Shown one piece after another: positions 1-14,428 of a stretch of 64,000 nucleotides of DNA (its first letter is position 1; each line of letters starts with the position of its first letter). The position numbers and the translations under genes were made by a program. The notes beneath the pieces are model-generated. The model was given only the letters and a program-made list of their open reading frames with translations. It was not told the DNA's origin and made no database searches. This DNA is from Paracoccaceae bacterium (GTDB lineage Bacteria > Pseudomonadota > Alphaproteobacteria > Rhodobacterales > Rhodobacteraceae): NCBI GenBank assembly GCA_035324325.1, contig DAOLBY010000001.1, forward strand, positions 4,453-68,452. The letters are read 5' to 3'.

Positions 1-4433
<4,433 letters not shown>

Positions 4434-4684
4434 GGCGCCTCCGGCGGCACGGCACCGGACATGGCGCGCCCGCCGACCGGCCACAGGACGGCGCGCGTGG
4501 CACGGAACGGATCCGGCACGTCCTGCCTGCGGTGGAACTCGGTCACGGCACCAGCCTTTCTTCCAACCCGGGAGCGCCGTCCATCCGATGCCGACAAAGA
4601 CGGCATTAATTCAACGAAAGAACGGCTTTTCTGTCCCGGAATCCCTGCTGCCATCCTGCCGCCGGAATTCCGGCGATGCACCCC

Positions 4685-5569
4685 CTATTTTCCCCCCTGC
4701 CGCATGCCCCGGGCGGCCAGCGCCAGCCCCGGCAGCGCCGCCAGGCAGGCGGCGTAGCGCGCCGCGAGGCGGCGGGGGTCGGTGGCCATCCGCCACAGCC
4801 ATTCCAGCGCCAGCCGCCGCACCCAGCGCGGCGCGCGGCGCTGGTGGCCGGCGATGAAGTCGAGCCCGGCGCCGATCGAGACGAAGCCCATCCCGGGATG
4901 GCGCGCCAGACCGCGCGCGGCCAGGCGTTCCTGCTTGGGCGCGCCGAGGGCGAGGAACACCAGCCGCGCCCCGGCCGCGGCCAGCCGGTCGAGCGCGGCA
5001 TCGGCCTCCGGTCCCTCGGGGTCGAAGCCCATCGGCGGCGCGACCGCGGCGGCGATGCGCAGCCCCGGGTGATCGGCGGCGAGCCGCGCCCCGGCGGCGG
5101 CGAGCACCGCCTCGCGCGAGCCGAGGAAGGCCACCGGCGCTGCCGCCGCGGCCGCCAGCGCCGCCAGCGGCGCGATCAGTTCCGAGCCCGGCACCAGCGC
5201 CACCGGCCGGCCGGCCAGCCGGCGCAGCCAGACCACCGGATGGCCGTCGGCCACGACATGGCTCTGCGCGCGATAGGCCGCGGCGAAGGCGGGATCGCGG
5301 CCGAGCTTGACGATGTGGTCGAGGTTGAGCGTGGCGACGGCGAAGCCCCGCCCCGCCGCCAGGCAGTCCGCCAGCGCCGCCAGCAGCGCCGCGCGGTCGG
5401 GCACCGAGACCAGCGCCAGCGCCTCGGCCCCGCCCAGCCCCGCCGTCCTGCCTGCCGCGCCCTGCACCGATCCGCCCTGCCCCGATCCGCCCTGCACCGA
5501 TCCGTCCCGGCCGCGTCGTCCGGCCCGGCCGCGTCCGAAGTGATGGTGCAGCCCGGCGGATTTGTCCAT
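4685..5569 (-). CDS. WecB/TagA/CpsF-family (GT26) glycosyltransferase
   Basis: Last 294 codons of ORF 4685..6718(-), starting at ATG 5569..5567. Family-like blocks are ATLNLDHIV, VADGHPVVW, FLALGAPKQE, SIGAGLDFIAG and LEWLWRM. The N-terminal ~45 aa is a Gly/Ser/Gln repeat, so the true start may lie further in. Confidence 0.8.
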   Translation of the reverse strand: MDKSAGLHHHFGRGRAGRRGRDGSVQGGSGQGGSVQGAAGRTAGLGGAEALALVSVPDRAALLAALADCLAAGRGFAVATLNLDHIVKLGRDPAFAAAYRAQSHVVADGHPVVWLRRLAGRPVALVPGSELIAPLAALAAAAAAPVAFLGSREAVLAAAGARLAADHPGLRIAAAVAPPMGFDPEGPEADAALDRLAAAGARLVFLALGAPKQERLAARGLARHPGMGFVSIGAGLDFIAGHQRRAPRWVRRLALEWLWRMATDPRRLAARYAACLAALPGLALAARGMRQGGK

Positions 5570-5602
5570 GTTGCAGGCGAAGACCGCCCGGAACCCGCCG
5601 CC

Positions 5603-6442
5603 ATGCACACCCCCCCCGCCCTCTCGATCCTGATCCCGGCCCATGACGAGGAGGCCCTGATCGGGCGCTGCCTCGGCGCGCTGCTCGAGCAGGACGGCAC
5701 GGCGCCGGCGCTGCAGGTGGTGGTGGTGCCGAACGGCTGCCGCGACGGCACGGCGGCGGCGGCGCGTGCCCTTGCCCCGCGCTTCGCCGCCCGCGGCTGG
5801 TCGCTCGAGGTCGTCGAGATCCCCGGTGGCGGCAAGACCGGGGCGCTGAACGCGGGCGAGGCGGCGGCGCGGCACGGCGCGCGGGCCTATCTCGACGCCG
5901 ATGTCACCCTCGACCCCGGCCTGACCGGCCAGATCGCCCGGGCGCTCGACACCGCCGCGCCGCGCTATGCCACCGGACGGCTGGCGGTGGCCCCGGCGCG
6001 CACCTGGGTGACGCGGGCCTATGCGCGGGCCTGGACGCGGCTGCCCTTCGTGACCGGCGGCACCGTCGGCGCGGGGTTCTTCGCGCTCAACGCCGCCGGG
6101 CGCGCCCGCTGGGGCGCCTGGCCCGCGATCATCTCCGACGACACCTTCGCCCGGCTGCAGTTCGCCCCCGGCGAACGCATCGAGGTGCCCGCCCGCTATC
6201 ACTGGCCGATGGTCGAGGGGCTGGGCAACCTGGTGCGGGTGCGCCGGCGGCAGGATGCCGGCGTGGCCGAGCTGCGCCGGCTGCATCCCGCGCTGGACCG
6301 CAACGCGGGCAAGGCGCCGCTGACCCCCGGCGCGCTGCTGCGCCTCGCCGCCGCCGCGCCGCTCGGCCTTGCGGTCTATCTCGCCGTCCATCTCGCGGTG
6401 CGCCTGCGCCCGGCCGGGCCGGACTGGACCCGCGGCCGCTGA
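5603..6442 (+). CDS. Family 2 glycosyltransferase
   Basis: ATG at 5603 (MHTPPALSILIPAHDEEALI...). GT-A features are SILIPAHDE, VPNGCRDGT and YLDADV (DxD). Divergent from the GT26 gene, 33 bp away. Confidence 0.8.
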   Translation: MHTPPALSILIPAHDEEALIGRCLGALLEQDGTAPALQVVVVPNGCRDGTAAAARALAPRFAARGWSLEVVEIPGGGKTGALNAGEAAARHGARAYLDADVTLDPGLTGQIARALDTAAPRYATGRLAVAPARTWVTRAYARAWTRLPFVTGGTVGAGFFALNAAGRARWGAWPAIISDDTFARLQFAPGERIEVPARYHWPMVEGLGNLVRVRRRQDAGVAELRRLHPALDRNAGKAPLTPGALLRLAAAAPLGLAVYLAVHLAVRLRPAGPDWTRGR

Positions 6443-6645
6443 GGCGGGCCTGCGGCCGGAATCCCTGACCATCCGCTCTGCTGTGGCCCCCCGCGGGACG
6501 GATGCGGGCCTGTTTCCTGCCCGTGTCCTGCCCTGTTCCGGGCCGGTGCACGCCTTCGCCGCCCATGGCTGTCCCGGTGGCCTCCGGCCGGGGATCGGGC
6601 AGGGGCGCGACCGGACCGCGGCCCCGGACGGCCCCTGGAGGATGC

Positions 6646-8757
6646 TCAGAATCCGAAAAGCCGCATGTCGCCGACGGCCTTCCGCGCGAAACCTCCGGCA
6701 TCGGCTTCCGGGGCCCATCCCAGGACGCGCTTGGCGCGATCGTTGCGGAAGGGCGAGAGATGCGCGCGCGAATACCAGTCGGCGCGCGAGGGGGCCGTCA
6801 GCCCCCGACGCCGCAGGGCATATCGCTTGAGCAGGTACTTGAGGCGATCCGCGAGATAGAAGGAGGCCAGATACCCCGGAACGACGCGGATGCGGGTGCC
6901 GGTGACAGCGTGGATTGCGTCGAAGTAGTCGCGGGCGGTCATCAGGGGTTCGCCGACGAGGTTGAAGGACTGCCCCTCGATTGCCGGCGTTGCGGACATG
7001 CGCAGGAGCGCATCGGCGACATCCTCGTTGAGGACGAACGGCAGGATGTTGTGGCCGCTACCCCAGATGCGGACGGCGCCGGCACCGTGCCAACGTCCGA
7101 TCCCCCAGTGCTGGAGCGGGCCACCCGCGCCGACGACGATCCCCGGGCGGGCGATGACGAGCGGCAGGCCGCGCTGCCGGTGCAGCTCCAGCAGGCGTTC
7201 CTCGCACAGCGCCTTGGAGCGGGCGTAGAGATTGCGGGCATCCATCGGTCCGAAGGGCGTGTCCTCAGTGATCTGGCGGCCCGGGTCGGAGGCGTCGTAG
7301 GACGCGATCGTGCCGGTGTAGATCAGCCGGCGGACCCCCGCCTCCAGGACGGCTCCGGCGATCCGTTCGGTCACCGCGACGTCATTGCGCAGGTAGTCCT
7401 CCCATGTCGCCTCGGTGGCCTTGGCGAGGTGATAGACGGTTTCGATGCCTGCCATGGCGACGGCAAGCCCGGCCTGATCCGTTAGCCGGACCGGCACGAT
7501 CTCGACCCGGTTGCCGAGATCGGCAAAGGGGTTCGACAGCCCGCGGCTGGCAACGCGAACCCTGCGGCCGCCTTCCGCCAGGCACCGGACCAGGGCGCGG
7601 CCGATGAAGCCGGTTCCGCCGATGACCAAGACATCGGACGGCGGTGATGCGGCCCGGCGCTCCGGGGTCGCCGCAACGGGCATCGCCCCCGCAGCCGGCA
7701 GGAGGGCGATCGTCTCCTCGATGGCGCCGATCACTCGGGCCGCCGTCGCCCCTGCAAACCGCGGGGCGATCGCCCGGCCTTCCCCCACCGCCGCATGGAA
7801 TTCGGTCAGCATGCCGCGGAACCCGAGGGCATAGGGCGACTTGCGGTTAAGCGACGCGGCCTGCCGCGCGCCGTTGCGCAGGCCCTCGACCAGATGCTGG
7901 CCGGCCAGCGCCAACTGGGCCCGGAGCGGATTGAGCACGATGTCGGATGCGTTCGGCCGCTCGACGATCAGGGTATCCGCCCCGAAGTCGAGGCGCGCTG
8001 CCGCGGCAACGCCGCGCAGCGAGACAGACCGGTCCTCGACCGCCTCGACCAGCGACAGCGACAATGTGATATCGGTCACGCCGGCCCGGCCGAGGATCGT
8101 CCAGACCTGCGGAAGCCTGCCGCCCCCGGGAATGTCGATGGGCTTGCTCAGATGGAGCGTGACATCCCGCATGGGGCCGAAGAGATCCTCGGCGAAGGCA
8201 TAGAGATGCGGGCCGAGTTCCATCAGAAGGTTCTGCGGCTGGCGCAGCATCCAGAGCCCGAACGGCCCCGAACGCAGGGGCGCGAGCGGAAAATGCCAAC
8301 GGACGTCGGCCCGATCGACGCGGCCGATGTCTCCCGCCTCGAGCAGCCGTCGAAGCCGCCGGTACGACGGCAGGGCGAGGAAGTTGTGGTTCACCGCCAC
8401 GATCCGGCCGGCATTCTCTGCGGCCCGCACGATCTCGTCGGCCTCGGCGCGCGAAAGGGCGAAGGGCTTCTCGAGCAGCACATGCGCGCCCGCCTGCAGC
8501 GCTGCGAGGGCATGGTCGCGATGCAGATGCGGTGGCGTCAGAACATGCACGGCGTCAAGCCGCTCGACGGCGAGCATCCGCTCCAGCCCAGCGTAACTGG
8601 CGGCACCATGCGCGGCGGCGAGGACGGCGGCGGCCTCGGGCTGGGTGTCGCAGACCGCAACCAGCCGGGTGCCCGGAACGGATGCGAGCGCTTCCGCGTG
8701 CCAAGGCGCGATATAGCCCGCACCGACGAATCCCGTCCTGATCTCCCGCCCGCGCAT
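6646..8757 (-). CDS. Two-domain fusion: Gfo/Idh/MocA oxidoreductase (N) plus NAD-dependent epimerase/dehydratase (C)
   Basis: 703-aa ORF. The N-terminus has IRTGFVGAGYIAPWHAEAL (a Rossmann motif of Gfo/Idh/MocA type). A second Rossmann motif, VLVIGGTGFIGRALVRCL, sits at about aa 375 and is followed by an SDR-epimerase-like region. Last gene of a minus-strand operon with 4-nt or short gaps. Confidence 0.8.
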   Translation of the reverse strand: MRGREIRTGFVGAGYIAPWHAEALASVPGTRLVAVCDTQPEAAAVLAAAHGAASYAGLERMLAVERLDAVHVLTPPHLHRDHALAALQAGAHVLLEKPFALSRAEADEIVRAAENAGRIVAVNHNFLALPSYRRLRRLLEAGDIGRVDRADVRWHFPLAPLRSGPFGLWMLRQPQNLLMELGPHLYAFAEDLFGPMRDVTLHLSKPIDIPGGGRLPQVWTILGRAGVTDITLSLSLVEAVEDRSVSLRGVAAAARLDFGADTLIVERPNASDIVLNPLRAQLALAGQHLVEGLRNGARQAASLNRKSPYALGFRGMLTEFHAAVGEGRAIAPRFAGATAARVIGAIEETIALLPAAGAMPVAATPERRAASPPSDVLVIGGTGFIGRALVRCLAEGGRRVRVASRGLSNPFADLGNRVEIVPVRLTDQAGLAVAMAGIETVYHLAKATEATWEDYLRNDVAVTERIAGAVLEAGVRRLIYTGTIASYDASDPGRQITEDTPFGPMDARNLYARSKALCEERLLELHRQRGLPLVIARPGIVVGAGGPLQHWGIGRWHGAGAVRIWGSGHNILPFVLNEDVADALLRMSATPAIEGQSFNLVGEPLMTARDYFDAIHAVTGTRIRVVPGYLASFYLADRLKYLLKRYALRRRGLTAPSRADWYSRAHLSPFRNDRAKRVLGWAPEADAGGFARKAVGDMRLFGF

Positions 8758-8764
8758 TCCGGCC

Positions 8765-9781
8765 TCACTTGTATTCGATGATCGTCACGGCATCGTTTCG
8801 CAGCCGCCGCATCCGGTATCTCGCTGCGCCCACGAGGTTGGGGAACTTCGACAGGGTGATGAGTCCAGCGCAAAGGATGGCCTCTCGCAGGCCCAGGCCC
8901 TTCCCGTGGAAGCGCCGGGCCACCCGCACAAGGGACGTGGCATAAAGCGCCGCCACGCCGAGCGCGAGCCAAGGTTGCCAGAACAGCCCGGCGATGGCGA
9001 CAACCGGCAGTACCAGGCCCCAGACCCACATGCGCCGCCTTGGCGCAACAAAATGTCCCGGATGAAGCCCGCCCACCTGTGCGAAACCATGCCCGGCCCG
9101 GACCGCCCTGCGCCACCACTGCGAAAGGCGGGTCATCGCGGCGTCATGGAGTGTCATCTCGGCATCGAGGCGCCAGACCTCCCAGCCGGCCGCAATCAGC
9201 CGCTGGCAGAACTCGTCATCTTCCGCCGCGATCACGTCATCGCGGTAGCCGCCCGCGGCCGCCACCGCCGCCGCGCGCATCAGCGCATCGCCGCCGCAGG
9301 CCTTGGCCTGTCCGACCGGCGTATCCCATTCCGCATCGCAAAGCCGGTTGTAGACCGAGGCCTCGGGAAAGCGCTCGCGGCGGCGGCCGCAGACCACCGC
9401 GGCGCGGGGATGGGCCAGCAGGAAGTCGCGCGCGGTCTCGATCCAGCCGGGCTGCAGCCTGCAGTCGCCGTCGATGAACTGCACGAGGTCGACCGGCCCC
9501 CCGGCCATCAGCGCCGCGAAGCCCGCGTTGCGGCCCCGGGCGGCGGTGAAGGGAAGCGCGGGGTCGAGCGCCACCACCACCGCCCCGGCCGCCTGCGCCG
9601 CCGCCGGGCTGCCGTCGGTCGAGCCCGAATCGACATAGACCACCCGCGCGACCGCGGCGGGGATCGAGGCCAGGCAGGCCACCAGCCGGGCGCCTTCGTT
9701 GCGGCCGATGACGACCGCGCCGATCACCGGGACGGCGGGATCCCGGCGGGCGGCCCCGTCTGCGCCCGGGGCGCCGCTCAT
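8765..9781 (-). CDS. Family 2 glycosyltransferase with C-terminal membrane segments
   Basis: ATG 9781..9779 (MSGAPGADG...). Motifs VIGAVVIGRNEG, YVDSGSTDGS, FIDGDC (DxD) and AAEDDEF. The ATGA overlaps the stop of the upstream acetyltransferase gene. Confidence 0.8.
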   Translation of the reverse strand: MSGAPGADGAARRDPAVPVIGAVVIGRNEGARLVACLASIPAAVARVVYVDSGSTDGSPAAAQAAGAVVVALDPALPFTAARGRNAGFAALMAGGPVDLVQFIDGDCRLQPGWIETARDFLLAHPRAAVVCGRRRERFPEASVYNRLCDAEWDTPVGQAKACGGDALMRAAAVAAAGGYRDDVIAAEDDEFCQRLIAAGWEVWRLDAEMTLHDAAMTRLSQWWRRAVRAGHGFAQVGGLHPGHFVAPRRRMWVWGLVLPVVAIAGLFWQPWLALGVAALYATSLVRVARRFHGKGLGLREAILCAGLITLSKFPNLVGAARYRMRRLRNDAVTIIEYK

Positions 9782-10413
9782 GGCGCCGGCCCCGGGGTTT
9801 GCGCCGCGCTGCCGGCAGGGTCGCCGATCTCGGCGGGGTCGCGCATGCGGATCAGCCGCGCCGGCACGCCGCCCACCACCGCATAGGGCGGCACGTCGCG
9901 CACCACCACCGCATTGGCGCCGATGACGGCGCCGCGGCCGACCGTGACGGCGCCGAGGATCACCGCGCCGGCGCCGACATCGACATGGTCGCCGATCACC
10001 GGCCGGGCCTCGAGGTCGCGCGGCGAGGCGATGCCCAGGGTCGTGTTCTGCCGCAGGACCACGTCCGAGCCGATGGCGCGGGCGACGAGGATCATGCCGC
10101 CGAAATGGTCGATCCGCACGCGCCGGCCCACCGGCATCGAATAGGGCAGGCTGATGCCGCCGGCCCATTGGCAGAGCTTGTACATCACCTTGTAGAGCAG
10201 GCTCAGCGGCATCCGCAGGGGGCGCGGCCGCACCGACATCCGCCAGTTGCCGAAACGGTGCCAGAACAGCGCCCAGAACCCCTGCGCGAAGGGGTCGGAA
10301 TCGTTGCTGCGGAAATCCTCGGCCACCAGCGCCCAGAAGCCGATGCCGGGCGGGTTGAGGTTGCGCCGGCCGTCATGGGGCAGGGGCGGATCGCGGCGGG
10401 CGGCGGCACTCAT
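9778..10413 (-). CDS. Hexapeptide-repeat O-acetyltransferase (serine acetyltransferase/CysE-like)
   Basis: 211-aa ORF. Left-handed beta-helix repeats VIGDHVDVGAGAVILGAVTVGRGAVIGANAVVVRDVPPYAVVGGVPARL. Has 4-nt overlaps with both neighbouring genes. Confidence 0.8.
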   Translation of the reverse strand: MSAAARRDPPLPHDGRRNLNPPGIGFWALVAEDFRSNDSDPFAQGFWALFWHRFGNWRMSVRPRPLRMPLSLLYKVMYKLCQWAGGISLPYSMPVGRRVRIDHFGGMILVARAIGSDVVLRQNTTLGIASPRDLEARPVIGDHVDVGAGAVILGAVTVGRGAVIGANAVVVRDVPPYAVVGGVPARLIRMRDPAEIGDPAGSAAQTPGPAP

Positions 10414-11405
10414 CGCCGCTCCCCCCGCAGCAGCGGGCGCAGCGCCAGCCGCGCGAAATCGCCCGCAAAGCCCTGCGGATGGGCCGGCGGGCGCCCGCGC
10501 AGGCGGCTGAGCAGCAGATGCAGATGCGCCCCGGCGAGACAGGCCAGGCCGCAGGCCAGGGCCCCCGCCCGGCCGCGGGTGCGGGTGAAGTAGAGCCGCC
10601 AGCTGTCGAACCAGTAGGCCGGCAGCCGCCGCGGCCGCTCCTCGCCGCTGCGCAGCCCGGTTGCGGCGCCCGCGACATGCTCGACCCGCGCGGCGGGGTG
10701 GTACCAGATGCTCCAGCCGGCACGGCGCAGCCGGTGCATCAGCTCGACCTCCTCGAAATAGAGGAAGAAGCCCGGGTCGAAGCCGCCCGCCTCGGCCAGC
10801 GCGCGGCGGCGCAGCATCACCGCCGCCCCGGCCACCCAGCCGACCTGCCGCGTCGCCGGGCCGGGCGGCAGCGGCACCGCCCAGCGGGCGGTCAGCCGGT
10901 CGAGCGGGCCGAAGCGCGCCGCGCCGGCGAATTCCGACACCGGCGAGGGGAAGCGGAAGGCCGAGGTGACCGCCGGCCCGCCGCCGGGGGCGTCGATCCC
11001 CGCGCCGACCGCCGCGGCCCCGGGATGGGCCTCGAGAAAGGCGGCCAGTTCGGCGATGGCCTCGGTCTTGAGGCAGGCATCGGGGTTGAGCAGGAAGACC
11101 AGTTCGGGCGCCGCCCCGCGCGCCGCCAGCGCCGCCAGGACGAGGTTGTTGGCCCGCCCGAAGCCGTGGTTCACGGTCTCGGGATAGAGCGTGACGCGGT
11201 CGCCCCAGCCGGCGGCGGCATGGGCCGCGGCCAGCCGCGCGGCATCGCCGCCGGGCGAGGCGTTGTCGACCAGATGCACCTCGACCCGGCGCCCGCCATG
11301 CCCGCGCGCCAGCACGCTGCCGACCGCGCGCAGGGCAAGGTCGGCGGTGCCGTAGTTGACCACGATCACCGCGACATCGGCCGGGGGCATGCGGGGCGTC
11401 GTCAT
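10410..11405 (-). CDS. Family 2 glycosyltransferase (rhamnosyltransferase-like)
   Basis: ATG 11405..11403 (MTTPRMPPADVAVIVVNYGTADL...). Motifs VDNASPGG, NHGFGRANN, LNPDA and FFLYFEEVEL. First gene of the minus-strand operon 11405->6646. Confidence 0.8.
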   Translation of the reverse strand: MTTPRMPPADVAVIVVNYGTADLALRAVGSVLARGHGGRRVEVHLVDNASPGGDAARLAAAHAAAGWGDRVTLYPETVNHGFGRANNLVLAALAARGAAPELVFLLNPDACLKTEAIAELAAFLEAHPGAAAVGAGIDAPGGGPAVTSAFRFPSPVSEFAGAARFGPLDRLTARWAVPLPPGPATRQVGWVAGAAVMLRRRALAEAGGFDPGFFLYFEEVELMHRLRRAGWSIWYHPAARVEHVAGAATGLRSGEERPRRLPAYWFDSWRLYFTRTRGRAGALACGLACLAGAHLHLLLSRLRGRPPAHPQGFAGDFARLALRPLLRGERR

Positions 11406-11719
11406 CGGACGGCGACCTCGAAGGGGGGCGGGGCTGGGACCGGAACCATCACGGCGGGCTTCAAAGCACGGATTTGCCGGCAGTCCTAGGGGAAGCATGT
11501 GGCCCGTCCGTGAAATCCCCGGGGCTTGACCGGGGCGCGGCGGCGACGGGGGCGCCCCGGCCGCAGGCGGCGCGCGCCCTGCCCACCCTTTCATCGGGCC
11601 GCAAACCGCCCGCATGCCCCGCCGGCATCCGTCGCCTTCGCGCCGCGGCGGCGCAGGACGATTTCCCTCTGCGGCCGGACAGTCTAGAAAGGGGCCGGAT
11701 CCGTGCCTGCCAGGACTGC

Positions 11720-13207
11720 ATGCCCAATACCTTCGCCTATGTGATGCTCTTCGCCTGGCCGCTGGTGGCGCTGGTGCTGTTCCAGCGGCTGCCGCTGCCC
11801 AAGGCGCTGATCTGGACGATCCTCGGGGGCTTCCTCATCCTGCCCTCGAACATGGGCATCAAGCTGCCGATGATCCCCGAGATCAACAAGGCGCTGGTCC
11901 CGAGCCTCAGCGCGGCGGTCCTGTGCCTGATCTATGCGCCGCGCCAGGCACCGACGGCCTCGCCGTCCCCGGGCGGGCGCATGCTGATCCTCGGCCTTCT
12001 CGTGCTGCTCGTCCTTTCGCCCGTCCTGACGGTGCTGCAGAACGCCGAGCCGATCCCCTTCGGCCCCCGGATCCTCCCCGGGCTGCGGCTCTACGATGCC
12101 TTCTCGATGATCTCCGGCATGATCGTCATGATCCTGCCCTTCCTCCTCGGCTGGCGTCATCTGGCCACGGCCGAGGCGCAGCGCATGGTGCTGCAGGCCT
12201 TCGTGCTCGGCGCGCTGGCCTATTCGCTGCCGGCCCTCTTCGAGATCCGGATGAGCCCGCAGCTCAACAACTGGGTCTACGGCTATTTCCCGCATTCCTT
12301 CATCCAGCACATCCGCGCCGGCGGCTTCCGCCCGCTGGTCTTTCTCAACCACGGCCTGATGCTCGGCACCTTCCTCGCCATGGCGATCCTCGCCGCCCTG
12401 GCGCTGTGGCGCCAGGCCAGGCGCGAGGGCGGCGCGGCGGGCCGCTGGCTGCTGGCCGCGGTCTGGCTGGCGATGACGCTGGTCCTGTCGAAGAACGTCG
12501 GGGCGCTGGTGATCACGCTGGCGCTGGCGCCGCTGGTCGCGCTGACCGGCGCGCGGCTGCAGCTGGCCGCCGCCGCGGTGATCGCCTGCATCGTGCTGTG
12601 CTATCCGGTGCTGCGCGGCGCCGGCCTCGTGCCGGTGGAGGATATCCACGAGATCGCCCTTTCCTTCAGCGAGGAGCGGGCGCAGTCGCTGAAGTTCCGC
12701 CTCGACAACGAGGATGCGCTCCTCGACCACGCCAACCGCAAGCCCTTCTCGGGCTGGGGCTCCTGGGGACGCAACATGCTCTTCGATCCCGAGACCGGAG
12801 GGGAACTGAGCGTGCTCGACGGCATGTGGGTGATCCTGATCGGGGTCTACGGATGGCCGGGCTATCTTGCGCATTTCGGCCTCCTGACGCTGCCCATCCT
12901 GATGATGGCACTGCGGCGGCGGCGCTTCGCGCAGACGCGCATCGTGCCGGGCCTGGCGCTGGTCCTGGGGGTGACGCTCATCGACCTTCTGCCCAATGCC
13001 GGACTGGTGGCCCATGTCTGGCTGATCGCCGGGGCGCTGGCCGGGCATGTCCTGCAGGCCCGGGACGAGGCCGCGGCGCCGCCTACCGCGACGCCCGCCC
13101 CGGGCCGGCGGCGCCCGCCGGCGGAGCCGAAGACCCTGCCGGCCGGGCCGCGGCGCCGGGCACCGCCGGCGGGTGCTGCCGCGCTTCCCCGCAGGCGCGG
13201 CCGGTGA
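11720..13207 (+). CDS. O-antigen ligase/polymerase-like (Wzy/ExoQ-type) polytopic membrane protein
   Basis: ATG 11720 (MPNTFAYVMLFAWPLVALVLF...). Has 10 or more hydrophobic segments and a central loop (SEERAQSLKFRLDNEDALLDHANRKPFSGWGSWG) typical of the O-antigen ligase/Wzy_C family. The upstream part of track ORF 11474..13207 is non-coding-like. Confidence 0.7.
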   Translation: MPNTFAYVMLFAWPLVALVLFQRLPLPKALIWTILGGFLILPSNMGIKLPMIPEINKALVPSLSAAVLCLIYAPRQAPTASPSPGGRMLILGLLVLLVLSPVLTVLQNAEPIPFGPRILPGLRLYDAFSMISGMIVMILPFLLGWRHLATAEAQRMVLQAFVLGALAYSLPALFEIRMSPQLNNWVYGYFPHSFIQHIRAGGFRPLVFLNHGLMLGTFLAMAILAALALWRQARREGGAAGRWLLAAVWLAMTLVLSKNVGALVITLALAPLVALTGARLQLAAAAVIACIVLCYPVLRGAGLVPVEDIHEIALSFSEERAQSLKFRLDNEDALLDHANRKPFSGWGSWGRNMLFDPETGGELSVLDGMWVILIGVYGWPGYLAHFGLLTLPILMMALRRRRFAQTRIVPGLALVLGVTLIDLLPNAGLVAHVWLIAGALAGHVLQARDEAAAPPTATPAPGRRRPPAEPKTLPAGPRRRAPPAGAAALPRRRGR

Positions 13208-14424
13208 CGGCCTCTCCCGTGACAGCAGCCCTGCGCATCGGCCTGGTGACGCCGGCCTGGCCGGGACACCGGACGGCCAACGGCATCGCCACCGTGGTCA
13301 CCCATATCGCCGCGGGTCTCGAGGCCTGCGGCCACGAGGTCACCATCATCGCGCTTGCGGCCGACGGGCCGCCGGGCGCGGCCCGTGTCGTCGCCGTGCC
13401 CGCCCCTGCGCCGGGCCTGCTCGACCGGCTGCGGCTGCGGCTGCGACCCGGTGACGGCAGCGTGCTGCACCGCCTCCACGGCCTGCGGATCGCCGCCGCC
13501 GTCACCGAGGCGGTCCGCCGCCACGGGATCGAGGTGGTGGTGATGGAGGAGACCTTCGGCTGGGCGGGAACCGTCCGCGACGCCGTGGCGATCCCGGTGG
13601 TGGCGACACTGCACGGCCCCTGGTGGCTGCACACCGCCGTCGAGGGTTCCGGCAACGCCCGGGAGGATGCCTGGCGCGAGGCCCGCGAGGCGGCTGCGCT
13701 GCGGCGGGTCGACGGCATCACGGCGCCGTCCCGGGACGTGCTGGAACGGACGCGGACCCTCTGGGGATTGCCCGACGTCCCGCAGGCCGTCATCCCCAAT
13801 CCGATGCCCGTCGGGCAGGCCGCGGCCGGACCGCCGCCCGGCCCGGCAGATCCGGAAAGGCTGCTCTTCGTCGGCCGCTTCGACCGGATCAAGGGCGGCG
13901 ATGTGGTGATCGAGGCCTTCGCGCGGCTGGCACCCCTGCACCCCGGCTGCCGGCTGACCTTCGTAGGCCCCGACCGGGGGATCGGCCTTCCCGGCGGCGG
14001 GCGCCTGTTCCTGCAGGAGGCGGTGGCGCGGCTGCCGGCGGCGGTGCGGGCGCGGATCGACATCCTCGGCCCGCGCAGCCGCGAGGAGGTCGCCGCGCTG
14101 CGCGGGGCGCATGGCATCGCCATCGTCGCCTCGCGCTACGAGACCTTCGGCGGCACCATGGCCGAGGCCATGGCGGCGGGATCGGCGCTGGTCTGCACCC
14201 GCGTCGGCGGCTGCCCGGAGATGCTGTCGGACGGCGAGACCGGCCTTCTGGTGCCACCCGAGGACCCCGGGGCCATCGCCGCGGCCTGCCTGCGGCTGCT
14301 GCAGGACCCGCCGCTGGCGGCGCGTCTCGGCGCGGCAGCGCGGCAGCACATCGCCGCGACCCTGGACCCGGCCGCGATCGGCCGGCAGATGGCGGCCTTC
14401 CTGGCCCCGATCTGCCGGCGCTGA
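13204..14424 (+). CDS. Family 4 (GT-B) glycosyltransferase
   Basis: In-frame GTG at 13204 forms a GTGA overlap with the Wzy-like stop. Motifs LRIGLVTPAWPG, LLFVGRFDRIKG, and the EX7E-type block SRYETFGGTMAEAMAAGSALVCTRVGGCPEM. Confidence 0.8.
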   Translation: MTASPVTAALRIGLVTPAWPGHRTANGIATVVTHIAAGLEACGHEVTIIALAADGPPGAARVVAVPAPAPGLLDRLRLRLRPGDGSVLHRLHGLRIAAAVTEAVRRHGIEVVVMEETFGWAGTVRDAVAIPVVATLHGPWWLHTAVEGSGNAREDAWREAREAAALRRVDGITAPSRDVLERTRTLWGLPDVPQAVIPNPMPVGQAAAGPPPGPADPERLLFVGRFDRIKGGDVVIEAFARLAPLHPGCRLTFVGPDRGIGLPGGGRLFLQEAVARLPAAVRARIDILGPRSREEVAALRGAHGIAIVASRYETFGGTMAEAMAAGSALVCTRVGGCPEMLSDGETGLLVPPEDPGAIAAACLRLLQDPPLAARLGAAARQHIAATLDPAAIGRQMAAFLAPICRR

Positions 14425-14428
14425 GGCG

